From assembly GCA_045568015.1 (NCBI GenBank), contig JBJLBW010000018.1:1-36184 (forward strand): a stretch of DNA of 36,184 bases, written 5' to 3'. The position numbers were made by a program, and so were the translations under genes. This DNA is from Candidatus Poseidoniales archaeon. GTDB taxonomy: Archaea; Thermoplasmatota; Poseidoniia; Poseidoniales; Thalassarchaeaceae. Positions 1-8,719 of this stretch are shown here, one piece after another; the first letter of the stretch is position 1, and each line of letters begins with the position of its first letter. The notes beneath the pieces were generated by a model. The model had not been told where the DNA came from and did not search any database. It saw only the letters and a program-made list of their open reading frames with translations.

Positions 1-126
1 GGTGGTGTGAACAAGAAAGAACTCGATTCACTATTCAATTGGGTCGAGGATGGGTGGCGTTGGATGGCACGTGGCAGGGGCATCCTCGGCGTGAACCTCG
101 CCGGAGACGAGGGTTTGCTCGACTGA
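1..126 (+). CDS. 3' end of a CDS entering from the left window edge (hypothetical)
   Basis: Frame 1 is open from base 1 to TGA at 124-126 (GGVNKKELDSLFNWVEDGWRWMARGRGILGVNLAGDEGLLD*) and has protein-like composition. An intergenic gap follows. Confidence 0.5.
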   Translation, partial: GGVNKKELDSLFNWVEDGWRWMARGRGILGVNLAGDEGLLD

Positions 127-160
127 AATTGAAAAACGGTGTGCTGAGGGGCTGTTCTCG

Positions 161-175
161 CGCGCGAGCGCGCGT
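161..175. repeat. Alternating-CG palindromic element CGCGCGAGCGCGCGT, copy 1
   Basis: Identical 15-mer at 24185-24199. Inverted repeat CGCGCG-AG-CGCGCG. Both copies are intergenic. Confidence 0.6.
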
Positions 176-244
176 ATACGTGCCTGCGCGCGGGCGACGG
201 ATTGATATTCAGAAGGTTCTCGCGGTAGGTTGGGTGGGACGAGT

Positions 245-2233
245 ATGCGTGGAAACGTGAGCGGCTGGTATGCAAGATTAGATCGAGAATGTGAAGACAG
301 AATCGAACAAATGAATATCTGGTTAAGTGCTTGGGAAGAAGCACTCAGAACTCACCAACCTCAAGCGAGTCAATTGCCAAGTGATTGGCCTACATTGCCC
401 GCAAGCCTACTCACGGATCCTGGACATGTTCTGGATCATCTCCTATGCCGACACGATGCAGAATCGGATGGTCGCAGTCCTCGTGGAGCACACCCCACAC
501 CCACCCGACTTGCGGACGCGATCATTGCTGACGAATTGAAATCCGATGTGGACATGGGTGGTTCTGCACCTTCTATCTCCAACGTCAACCTCGCAGCTCT
601 GCCCCCTGCATTTAGGGCACAGGCTGAAGCTCTCAACGACGAAAATGAAGCCGCGAGAGAAGCGGAAGTTGATGAGGAAACTGAGCAAGAGATTGCCGCG
701 GGTGCGCGTACGCGTACGGGTGTCCCCCTTCCCTTTGCAGACCCAGCCGTCGGTGGAGGTTTGTTCCCTTCTCGAATTCTCAAGTGGCATGGCGAGAATA
801 TTTCCGATGTCCCACTGGAAGAGCGAGCGCAAGATACTCGCACATTGTTGACTTCTATGCAACTTCTCGATGTTTGCGAGGTTGCTGCGGAGATGACAAA
901 ACGGCGGTTGTTGCTCTCAGCCATTCGAGCTGACCTTGTTCGCTTAGATGACGAGCCGGTTGAAGGCTACCTTACCCGAAGTGAAGCTGAAGAAATTTTC
1001 AGTGATGTTGTTCGAGTTGGCGACGCTCTCAGAGATGATTGGCCCTGGGATGAATCCCCCCGACTCCTCATGGGCAACCCTCCTTGGTTGCGAATCAAGG
1101 ATCGATTCAGAGGACACCCCGATGGAAGCAGTCTAAGGAAAGAACTTGGAGAAGAATTGCGAAGTCTACGCGAAGAGGATGGTTCTCTAAGATTCAGTAC
1201 GCTCCGAGGAAATGTCAACCTATACCGATTGTTCTTGGAGCGAAGTCTGCAACTTGTTCGACCTGGTGGTCGAGTTAGGTTGATTGTACCGGATAGTTTG
1301 CTTCGCGAACAGAGTAGTGCGCCATTGCGCCGCTTGCTGGTCGATTCACATGAATGGACTGGGATCTGGACGTTCCCAGAATCCGCTCGCCTCTTTACAG
1401 GTGTAACACAAGGTGTACTTATTCTCGGAATCACCGTCGAAGGTGTGACCGAGGAATTGATTTGTCACGGACCGACCGAAGCGAACGAACTTTGTTCAAA
1501 GAATGGGTTGGACAAGGATGTGCCTCGCTTCAATCTCGACCGTGAACGCTGGGCACGATGGAGTCGAAAGGAGTGGGCCGTCCCACGACTACCTCGCGAT
1601 CGATATGACCGGCAATCTCTCTTGACAATCATCGATGACCTCGCAGATTTACCCCGTTTGGCTGAATCACATCACTGGCTTGCCGGGAAGAATCGCCTTC
1701 GTGTTCGCGTTGGAGAGGTGGACCAAACAACATGGAGTGCGGACATCAAACCTTGGAAGAAGGGTAGTCGTGGCACACCGTTCATCCGAGGGATCCATTT
1801 CAGAAATGACGAGGCAAAGGGGATTTGGCTACACCATCCTTCCTTTGATTCATCGATTGATGAACATGCTGCTGAAAGAAAACAGGCTCAGTGGCGAGGG
1901 CCGATTAAGGCTCCTAAATATCCACGGCTTGCTTGTCAAGCGATTGTGAACGCACAGCAATTGCGCCGCTTGCGGTGGGTTGTTCTCCCGGCAGGTTGTG
2001 TGCTTGGAAACTCGGTCAACCACCTCGAATTACCAGAGGAAGTTGCAGACCGGCTCTCGAACCAGATCGGCAATCTCAAATCTGCACTCTCATGGCTTTG
2101 TGATTTACTCAACGATCAGCGATTGGATGCATGGGCTCGTGCTTGGGCGGCGAACAACAACGTCAACAATTACGAGTTGGAGATGCTGCCATTACCGCCT
2201 TCTGAAAGTGCGGTTTCTGCGCAGTTTGCTTGA
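245..2233 (+). CDS. N6-adenine DNA methyltransferase, gamma class (Eco57I/TaqI-like MTase plus C-terminal TRD-like region), no nuclease domain
   Basis: Motif X-like GAHPTP, motif I FADPAVGGGLF, motif IV GNPPW, then NLYRLFLERSLQLVRPGGRVRLIVPDSLL and a TaqI_C-like tail ending NNVNNYELEMLPLP. ATG at 245 preferred over TTG at 230. Confidence 0.85.
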   Translation: MRGNVSGWYARLDRECEDRIEQMNIWLSAWEEALRTHQPQASQLPSDWPTLPASLLTDPGHVLDHLLCRHDAESDGRSPRGAHPTPTRLADAIIADELKSDVDMGGSAPSISNVNLAALPPAFRAQAEALNDENEAAREAEVDEETEQEIAAGARTRTGVPLPFADPAVGGGLFPSRILKWHGENISDVPLEERAQDTRTLLTSMQLLDVCEVAAEMTKRRLLLSAIRADLVRLDDEPVEGYLTRSEAEEIFSDVVRVGDALRDDWPWDESPRLLMGNPPWLRIKDRFRGHPDGSSLRKELGEELRSLREEDGSLRFSTLRGNVNLYRLFLERSLQLVRPGGRVRLIVPDSLLREQSSAPLRRLLVDSHEWTGIWTFPESARLFTGVTQGVLILGITVEGVTEELICHGPTEANELCSKNGLDKDVPRFNLDRERWARWSRKEWAVPRLPRDRYDRQSLLTIIDDLADLPRLAESHHWLAGKNRLRVRVGEVDQTTWSADIKPWKKGSRGTPFIRGIHFRNDEAKGIWLHHPSFDSSIDEHAAERKQAQWRGPIKAPKYPRLACQAIVNAQQLRRLRWVVLPAGCVLGNSVNHLELPEEVADRLSNQIGNLKSALSWLCDLLNDQRLDAWARAWAANNNVNNYELEMLPLPPSESAVSAQFA

Positions 2234-2353
2234 TTCCGACATCCGGATATTGTCTGCGGGATTGTGGAAAAAAAAAACCGGTTTGCCCAAGCCTTCATTA
2301 AGCGGGGCACTACCATATCCGAACATCTGCAATCGTAGAGGTGAAACTGGAAG

Positions 2354-2938
2354 ATGGGTATACATCCTAAAATCGGAGTGACAGGATTGCCACGCAGTGG
2401 TAAATCCGCAGTGATGGGAAAAGTCGTCAGTATGTTATCTGATGAAAGGCTCGAAGAAATGCGTGCCCGAGGAGATGATGTTGGGGCCGCTAAATTACTA
2501 GGTGGTATGCGTTGCGAACCCGTGGTCGAAAATGGGGAAAGAGTCGGGTTCAAGTGTATTAATTTTCAAAATGGAGAAGAAGCCGTCATGGCACACAAGA
2601 ACATCGATTCGCGTCTTCGTGTTTTGGGATACGGAATCGATCCAGAAGCACTGGAGCGTGTGGCTGTACCAGCGATTCAAGAAGCGATGGATGATTACGA
2701 GGTTCTCGTGATCGATGAAATAGGAAAATTCAGTGTTGAGAGTGAAGGCTTTGTCGAAGTCGTCCGTAAGGCGATGGAAGTCGACAAGCCCACCCTGTTG
2801 ACTCTACACAAGAAGAGTCGACATCCATTGTTGCAAGACATCCGTCGACGGGATGATGCACGAATCCTTGAGGTGACCCCGGTGAACCGAGCTTTGTTGC
2901 CATACAAGATTCACAAGTTGATGCGAGAGACCTACTAG
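2354..2938 (+). CDS. Nucleoside triphosphatase, THEP1/NTPase_1 family
   Basis: Walker A GLPRSGKS, ERVGF motif and Walker B VLVIDEIGK. GAGGTGA SD at about 2338-2344. Confidence 0.9.
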   Translation: MGIHPKIGVTGLPRSGKSAVMGKVVSMLSDERLEEMRARGDDVGAAKLLGGMRCEPVVENGERVGFKCINFQNGEEAVMAHKNIDSRLRVLGYGIDPEALERVAVPAIQEAMDDYEVLVIDEIGKFSVESEGFVEVVRKAMEVDKPTLLTLHKKSRHPLLQDIRRRDDARILEVTPVNRALLPYKIHKLMRETY

Positions 2939-2939
2939 G

Positions 2940-3374
2940 TCACTCTTCTTCGCCATGTGATGATTCCAGCATCTTGACTTCCATATTGGCCCAAGCGCCA
3001 GAGAGGCGATCGGTGTCATTTGCATCAGCATGATCCATTGACAATCGCTCCGAAATTTGAGATTCAGATTCATGTGGGAAGTACTTGGCAAAAGGCGGGG
3101 GTGTGCCCGATTGGCGGGCCGTTCGATAGACGAAGCCGAGGCCGAGTGCGAGAGCGGCTCCACCTGGGACCAACCACCCGATTGGCGATGATGCCGTGCA
3201 AGGCTCATCGATGAGAGATTCATCGGGTTCTGGACAATCATCAGGGGGTAGGCGGCCATCTATGAGAGCGAATGCTGTGGCCAGCAGTAACGTGAATCCG
3301 AGGCCGAAAAAGAGGCGTTCAGCGGCGCGTGCCGGGGTCTCCATCGTTTGTGCGAGAGGGGTTCGCTGCATCAA
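2940..3374 (-). CDS. Hypothetical membrane protein (2 TM helices)
   Basis: Two hydrophobic segments (LFFGLGFTLLLATAFALI; WLVPGGAALALGLGFVY) flank a Cys-containing acidic loop. Tiles between its neighbours. Confidence 0.7.
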   Translation of the reverse strand: MMQRTPLAQTMETPARAAERLFFGLGFTLLLATAFALIDGRLPPDDCPEPDESLIDEPCTASSPIGWLVPGGAALALGLGFVYRTARQSGTPPPFAKYFPHESESQISERLSMDHADANDTDRLSGAWANMEVKMLESSHGEEE

Positions 3375-3387
3375 TCACTCGGCGAAA

Positions 3388-4002
3388 TCACTTTTGTTCA
3401 AAGACATCAAAGTCGATGAGGAATAGCGTGGCGAATAGGGCGTATCGCTCTTCCAAAGTCAGGTTTTCATCGAAGAACTGGATTGAGAAATTATCCGCTT
3501 GAGTGAATGCCATTTTCATGAATCCTTCAAACTTCTTTGCGATTTTAGCAACGACGATACCGTTTCGGGTAACGTCGAATTCGACCCTTCCAAATTGCAA
3601 AAGACTGCTCGATATGGCAAAGGTATCGACCCCTCCGACAGCAATTTTGTAGTTTCGGTAGATGAAGGCCGTGCGTCTACTTCGCCCGATTGCGGTATTC
3701 CCTTCTACCGCTGTCATTTCTGGATACCAGAATCTGAACGGTTTTCGCAATTGCCCGATTTCTTGTCCTTGGGAATCAAAAATTTGCACCGTCGCCGATC
3801 GTGAACTGTTGAGCAATTGCCGGAGGAGGAAACCACCTGCACCTCCACTCTTTTCTGCGGCCGATCCTAAATTCTCACCATTGCGGCCAAACAGCGCATA
3901 CTTGTTTGCCGTGTCCAAACCAATGAGGACGTTGCTGAGTTCCGTTGCTTGTTGCACGATGATTGCATCTCTGTTGAGGATATGCTCCAGTTGCGGGTTC
4001 AT
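3388..4002 (-). CDS. Phospholipid scramblase / LURP-one (tubby C-terminal-like) family protein
   Basis: Family-typical pattern IIVQQ..E..G.DTANKY..AAE..RQLL..R..RKPFRF..IAKKF.GF.K..FTQADNF.I.F..LIDF..FE. Confidence 0.8.
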   Translation of the reverse strand: MNPQLEHILNRDAIIVQQATELSNVLIGLDTANKYALFGRNGENLGSAAEKSGGAGGFLLRQLLNSSRSATVQIFDSQGQEIGQLRKPFRFWYPEMTAVEGNTAIGRSRRTAFIYRNYKIAVGGVDTFAISSSLLQFGRVEFDVTRNGIVVAKIAKKFEGFMKMAFTQADNFSIQFFDENLTLEERYALFATLFLIDFDVFEQK

Positions 4003-4093
4003 GGTTTTCGCAAGGGTTGGTCCGTATTGAAGATTGACCCGGCGGCAACGAAAGGTTGAGGCACTACATTCTCACGCAAGGTGATTGAGTCGC

Positions 4094-4477
4094 ATGTCAA
4101 ATATTCCGGATGACCTGAAATATACAGCTGAACACGAATGGATTCGAATGGATGATGGAGTCGCCGTAGTCGGGATTACCGATTATGCACAACATGCATT
4201 GACAGATATTGTTTGGATCGAATTCCTCGCCGACGAAGGCGATACAGTAGAGGACAACGGTTCATTCGCAAGTGTGGAATCTGTGAAGTCGGTTTCCGAT
4301 ATTTACGCACCACTCGCAGGAACCATTGTTGAACTAAATCATGATCTGCAAGATGCACCCGAAGTGATGAACGAGGATGCTTATGGGTCGTGGATTGCAA
4401 AGATTGAACTCAATGATGCTGGAGCTGTCGATGGGCTTCTAGATGCTGCCGCATATGCTGCTCTAATCGGAGAATAA
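4094..4477 (+). CDS. gcvH: Glycine cleavage system H protein (lipoyl carrier)
   Basis: YTAEHEWI, VGITDYAQ, lipoyl-lysine motif ESVKSVSD and NEDAYG.W. AGGTGA SD at 4079-4084 supports the ATG at 4094. Confidence 0.95.
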   Translation: MSNIPDDLKYTAEHEWIRMDDGVAVVGITDYAQHALTDIVWIEFLADEGDTVEDNGSFASVESVKSVSDIYAPLAGTIVELNHDLQDAPEVMNEDAYGSWIAKIELNDAGAVDGLLDAAAYAALIGE

Positions 4478-4479
4478 GC

Positions 4480-5031
4480 ATGGACGAGTCGGTTCCGCTC
4501 GCTGATCGGCTTACGCTCTACTTTGACGGTTCGTGCCAAGAAAATCGGAACGTGACTGCAGAGACACCTGCAGGATGGGGTGTTGTCGTTGTTCGCGGTG
4601 ATTCCGGTTTGGGCAAAGGCGATGGAGAAGTTGTCGAGGAGATGAGTGGCCCTGTTGTCACTTCCCCGGATGATGAAGGGTTCCTTGGCGCTGAAGTCGG
4701 GAGCAACAATACTGGTGAATTATCGGCGATGGCCCACACCCTTCGCTGGCTTCTAATCGAAGGGAGTACCAATGCTGTGACCATTCGAGGAGATTCCCAG
4801 TATGCACTCCATATCGCAACTGGTGAATGGCGAGCGAAAGCAAATCGTGAGTTGGCTGCCAGAGTACAGGCGTTGTGGAACGAGGTCACATCACTGCGCA
4901 CTGTAAACGCAGAGCATATTCGTGCACATCGAGGACACCGCTGGAATGAGAGAGCAGATCATCTCGCGTGGCGTGCGTGTATTGGAGAAAATCCGCTACC
5001 ACTGCAATTCTGGAAGCCTGGAACTCGCTAA
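4480..5031 (+). CDS. rnhA: Ribonuclease HI (bacterial type)
   Basis: YFDGSC, NNTGEL, GDSQY and AHRGHRWNERADHLA give the D-E-D-H-D active-site pattern. Confidence 0.9.
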   Translation: MDESVPLADRLTLYFDGSCQENRNVTAETPAGWGVVVVRGDSGLGKGDGEVVEEMSGPVVTSPDDEGFLGAEVGSNNTGELSAMAHTLRWLLIEGSTNAVTIRGDSQYALHIATGEWRAKANRELAARVQALWNEVTSLRTVNAEHIRAHRGHRWNERADHLAWRACIGENPLPLQFWKPGTR

Positions 5032-5041
5032 ACGGCGATGT

Positions 5042-6862
5042 TTAACCTCGAATATTCCTGTTCATTCGAACTATGGGCATCACACCTCGAACGGCTAATA
5101 CGATCAAATTGACGATTATGGCTAGGGGGATGATGAATATCAATGGGGATGTGGTTCCTAAATGCCACTCCAATTCTTCCGCAAATGCGATTCTTGAAGG
5201 GGATTCAGGATCATAATTCACTGTAGTTGGGACTTCCTGTGGTTGGTAGAGGGTTCCATTTTGATTGTCGGAGGATGAAATGTCTTCCCCAAATTCATCT
5301 GTGCAGTACCAATGACTCTCGTTCAAATGATGTTCGCAGTATTGCCACCAAGTATCATATTCAGTCGTTTCACCATTGTAATAGTAGCAAGACCAGAGGT
5401 TGTCATCATGCGGTTCACCTTCCCACTCACATTGCTCATACATCACCCACAAACTCTCACCATGATTTGACCAATATGAGTCAACTACAAACATCTTCAT
5501 GGCCCAATCACAAGGATTCTGTAAAGGTCCAACAGATTCATTTTCTGTGCATCGGTATGGGATCTCAATTCTTTCGTATCCTGATTCGTTATCTCCGCAT
5601 TCCCATTTTTCTGTAGATTGTGTACAATAAATGATGATTGAACCTGAGAAGTAGTCATCGCCTGTATTATCATCATACCAGAAGGTGAAATTATCGCTAA
5701 ACACTGCTGTTGTAGACGGCCATTCACTTGTCCCTTCCATGGATTCAGTCGCCACATTGAACTCATTTGCATACTCATTCTCACCCAAAAACATTGCAAA
5801 GAAAAATACATTGATGACTAGTAAAATCGCTATTGTTCCAAAGACAGATACAGGGATTTTCACATCCCCAATTTGAATTGTTTTTCCTTCTATATTGTGA
5901 CCATCGTTTTCCCACTTGTGCGGTTCGGTGGTGAGATCTTCATCTGAATCAAGGGGTGGTAGTGTGGTGGAAGTGTCACCTGGAACAAAATTCCCGACAA
6001 TGTATTTTTCAGGATACATGAGTGAATGATAGGTCGCCTTGCAACAGAATCCAAAGAGAACAATTCCACACAACGGGAAAATGAAGAAACAGCACAGGAA
6101 GATGTCGATTCCCGACCAACCGGGTAACAGGACCGATTCGTCGTGATTGTCGGGGTTGACATATACAGTTACATTCTTGCCTGGAGGGTATTCGTAATCA
6201 GCATTTTCTGACCATGAATTGCAATTGCCCTCCTTACTGTAACTGAGTGTAGAGCCGTCATAGGTTCTATTTTCGATTGTATAGTCATATTCAACCCATA
6301 GACAGTATGTGATACTCCCTTCGTCACTCTGAGATGTATCCACACCGCTTTCGGTAATCACTCCTCCAACTGGTGTCCAGTCAGCAGTGCGTAAATCTGC
6401 AGTAATGGCTCCTACAATCCACCCTGTAACAAATACGCTCGCGGTGCATACAACGAGAGTGATTACCCAAAAAATCGCAAGGCCCGCCCACGTGCCCTGT
6501 CCTGGTTGCGTTTGGGAATGGTGCCATTCTCGATCTGACTCAGATGAGTTCAGCATCATTAGGGCGAAATCCAAGAAATCCTGAGCATCATTGATTGAGT
6601 CGAAATGTCTGTTTCCCGTCATGTTCATGAATTCACGAAATGACATTGGTTCCATTTCTCGCTTGGCTGCCAGATCATTATACCAATCAACAATGTGTTG
6701 GGCGTCCTTTTTGCTGCTCCAATCATCGACTGGAAAATCTGCGAGGGTTGCTGTAATCTTTCCTGGATCTTCAGTGCCGGCCTCTTCTGTTTCCGCTTGC
6801 TCGACACCAGGGATTCCATCCAGCGAGAACGCTGATTCGTAGTCATCCTCGTCATCTGGCAT
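5042..6862 (-). CDS. Membrane protein with two DUF3592-like modules and a Cys/Trp-rich insert
   Basis: TM-WTPVGGVITES..VEYDYTIENRTY..YPPGKNVTVYVNPDNHDESVL-TM is DUF3592-like. A second TM-WPSTTA...VNYDPESPSRIAF-TM module follows. Confidence 0.7.
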   Translation of the reverse strand: MPDDEDDYESAFSLDGIPGVEQAETEEAGTEDPGKITATLADFPVDDWSSKKDAQHIVDWYNDLAAKREMEPMSFREFMNMTGNRHFDSINDAQDFLDFALMMLNSSESDREWHHSQTQPGQGTWAGLAIFWVITLVVCTASVFVTGWIVGAITADLRTADWTPVGGVITESGVDTSQSDEGSITYCLWVEYDYTIENRTYDGSTLSYSKEGNCNSWSENADYEYPPGKNVTVYVNPDNHDESVLLPGWSGIDIFLCCFFIFPLCGIVLFGFCCKATYHSLMYPEKYIVGNFVPGDTSTTLPPLDSDEDLTTEPHKWENDGHNIEGKTIQIGDVKIPVSVFGTIAILLVINVFFFAMFLGENEYANEFNVATESMEGTSEWPSTTAVFSDNFTFWYDDNTGDDYFSGSIIIYCTQSTEKWECGDNESGYERIEIPYRCTENESVGPLQNPCDWAMKMFVVDSYWSNHGESLWVMYEQCEWEGEPHDDNLWSCYYYNGETTEYDTWWQYCEHHLNESHWYCTDEFGEDISSSDNQNGTLYQPQEVPTTVNYDPESPSRIAFAEELEWHLGTTSPLIFIIPLAIIVNLIVLAVRGVMPIVRMNRNIRG

Positions 6863-6864
6863 GA

Positions 6865-7284
6865 CTATTCCTCTTCATCTGCGAGTGGTCCTTCAATAAC
6901 GAGCCATGCGTATAGCGATGTGAGCAACATCAACAATCCACTGAGCATGATGAACATCGCCATCGGAGCGGGTAAGTTCTCCAGTGTATTTCCAATGATT
7001 TGAGCAGTGAATACGAATGCTACTCCCAGTGCAGCCAATATTCTGATCGAGCTCTTCGGCTGCGTCCACATGTGAAGTGCGGGGATTACGCCCCACATTC
7101 CGAACGTATGTCGATACCATGCTAGATACAGCATGAATCCACCAGCCAAACCAAAGACACCGCGGGTAAACGATTCCGAGCCCCAAGGTCCATCTGGTGC
7201 CCAGCCCGATACCAAGGTCGACAAGACGAGGAGGGTGCCAATCCCCGCTACTGCCGGATGCCGAGATGGGGGGTCGCCGTCCAT
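6865..7284 (-). CDS. Hypothetical membrane protein (about 4 TM helices)
   Basis: Four hydrophobic segments. 2-bp gap to the downstream gene and 17-bp gap to the upstream gene. Confidence 0.75.
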   Translation of the reverse strand: MDGDPPSRHPAVAGIGTLLVLSTLVSGWAPDGPWGSESFTRGVFGLAGGFMLYLAWYRHTFGMWGVIPALHMWTQPKSSIRILAALGVAFVFTAQIIGNTLENLPAPMAMFIMLSGLLMLLTSLYAWLVIEGPLADEEE

Positions 7285-7301
7285 GGTCTTGCGTCGGGTG
7301 C

Positions 7302-8705
7302 TCAGTTGAAAGCATCTGTCCCGACATCGGGAAGTTTAGCGCCATGCTCGATGTGATTTCGCCATGCTGCGGCAGCATCTGGGGAACGCACCGCAAGAAC
7401 TCGCCAAAGATCTTCCAATGAATTGTCGCCATCCATTGATACAATTCGATTCAAAATGCTGGACAATTCCTCTGCGTGACCCTCAACCATGTGCAGGAGT
7501 AGTTCTCTTAGGCGGGTTCGAACGACTTCGTCACCACCAATCCACAATTGCACAGTTAACCCTTTTCGATCGTCTGGATATTGGGCCAAGTAATCACGCA
7601 GCGCGGTTTGGGCAAATCTTCGGTGTATGCTTGAATCAGTATGATGCACGACACGGGCGCATCGATTGGCAAATCCATCTGGATCCAATGTGGCTGTGAG
7701 GCGGATTGAACCCGTTGCAATTCGAATGACATCTGCCGATTCGTCGGAAAGCAATTTGTCTAAGAGAGGAAGTGCATCGACGCCTCTGCGTTGGATGATT
7801 TCATCGAGGGCATCTGCCAAAGCGCACCTCACTTGTGATTCGCGTGCGAGGAGGGTTTGCTCCAATTTCTTTGAACCTTCAAAGTCCAAGTCCCAAGCAC
7901 GAGGGATTAGAGTTGCAATTCTGCTGGAGAGTAAGGCGTCACCATCACCAGCCATTCGATTCAAGCGAGAGAGAATAGACAGTGAGGTGGCGAGAGTTTG
8001 TCGTGCCAATGCAATATCCAACCATTCGACCAACACTGGTCGGGGGGGGTCTGCTTCTTCCATCCGGTCCAGAAGCCAGCCCGCTGCAAATGAGCCGCTC
8101 GCATCTGCTTGCATTGGAGCCGCGGGTTTGACCTCGTGGCCTTCTTGCCAATCGACAAGGTGAGGGCCGGGTGTGGAGCCTCCATGCCAATAGCCGGGTT
8201 TGCGGGCCAGGGCGATACTTTCCATCAGATGATACCCTTGCTGTCTAGAAATTGGACTGTCTTTGGAAGACATCCCGTTCAACAAAGCGATGGCGACCCA
8301 CCATCGATCTACGTCCGGTGCATCTGCATCCAACGCTTGAGCAAGAAGTGTTTCCACTCGTATGAATAAAGCGCGCTCAGCAACTTCATCTCCACGCCTT
8401 TCCAACCACTTGCGCGCTTCACGGGCAGGGTCTGCGGTTAACGACAATCGATGAGGAACCAGTGATTCTCCAATCGATTCAAGATCTCGATCAAAGGCTG
8501 CGCGGTTTGCTTGGAGTAAAGCATGAGCGATTTCGATTAACTTGGCGGGATCTTGTGGTGGACGAACCGGAAAATCTGGATCGGTGAGTGGCGGTTCTGG
8601 TAAAGGCCAATCCTCGCAACCGCGCTGCATGGCGGTTTCAAGGGCCTTTTGTGTGTGCTCAAACAAACGCTGTGAGAGTGCGTTTTGTTCGCGCCAATCG
8701 CTCAT
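7302..8705 (-). CDS. Hypothetical alpha-helical protein, HEAT/ARM-repeat-like C-terminal half
   Basis: 467-aa ORF rich in L/A/R/D/E with HEAT-like segments LLARESQVRCALADAL, LLSDESADVIRIATGSI and GGDEVVRTRLRELL. Confidence 0.7.
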   Translation of the reverse strand: MSDWREQNALSQRLFEHTQKALETAMQRGCEDWPLPEPPLTDPDFPVRPPQDPAKLIEIAHALLQANRAAFDRDLESIGESLVPHRLSLTADPAREARKWLERRGDEVAERALFIRVETLLAQALDADAPDVDRWWVAIALLNGMSSKDSPISRQQGYHLMESIALARKPGYWHGGSTPGPHLVDWQEGHEVKPAAPMQADASGSFAAGWLLDRMEEADPPRPVLVEWLDIALARQTLATSLSILSRLNRMAGDGDALLSSRIATLIPRAWDLDFEGSKKLEQTLLARESQVRCALADALDEIIQRRGVDALPLLDKLLSDESADVIRIATGSIRLTATLDPDGFANRCARVVHHTDSSIHRRFAQTALRDYLAQYPDDRKGLTVQLWIGGDEVVRTRLRELLLHMVEGHAEELSSILNRIVSMDGDNSLEDLWRVLAVRSPDAAAAWRNHIEHGAKLPDVGTDAFN

Positions 8706-8719
8706 CGGCGATCACACCA

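Noticed and set aside
39-260. 73-aa ORF containing RARARV
   Set aside because: It has a TTG start, overlaps the frame-1 gene end and the MTase start, and its R/A run simply translates the CG palindrome.
2268-2277. A10 homopolymer and adjacent AAACCGGTTT palindrome upstream of the NTPase
   Set aside because: Wrong orientation for an oligo-T terminator of the plus-strand MTase. A single occurrence gives no evidence of phase variation.
6893-7444. 183-aa minus-strand ORF
   Set aside because: It overlaps two better-supported same-strand genes in another frame and has no recognisable motifs.
8042-8049. G8 run in the HEAT-like gene as a slippage site
   Set aside because: The frame is intact (Asp-Pro-Pro-Arg codons) and there is no alternative-frame product to support it.
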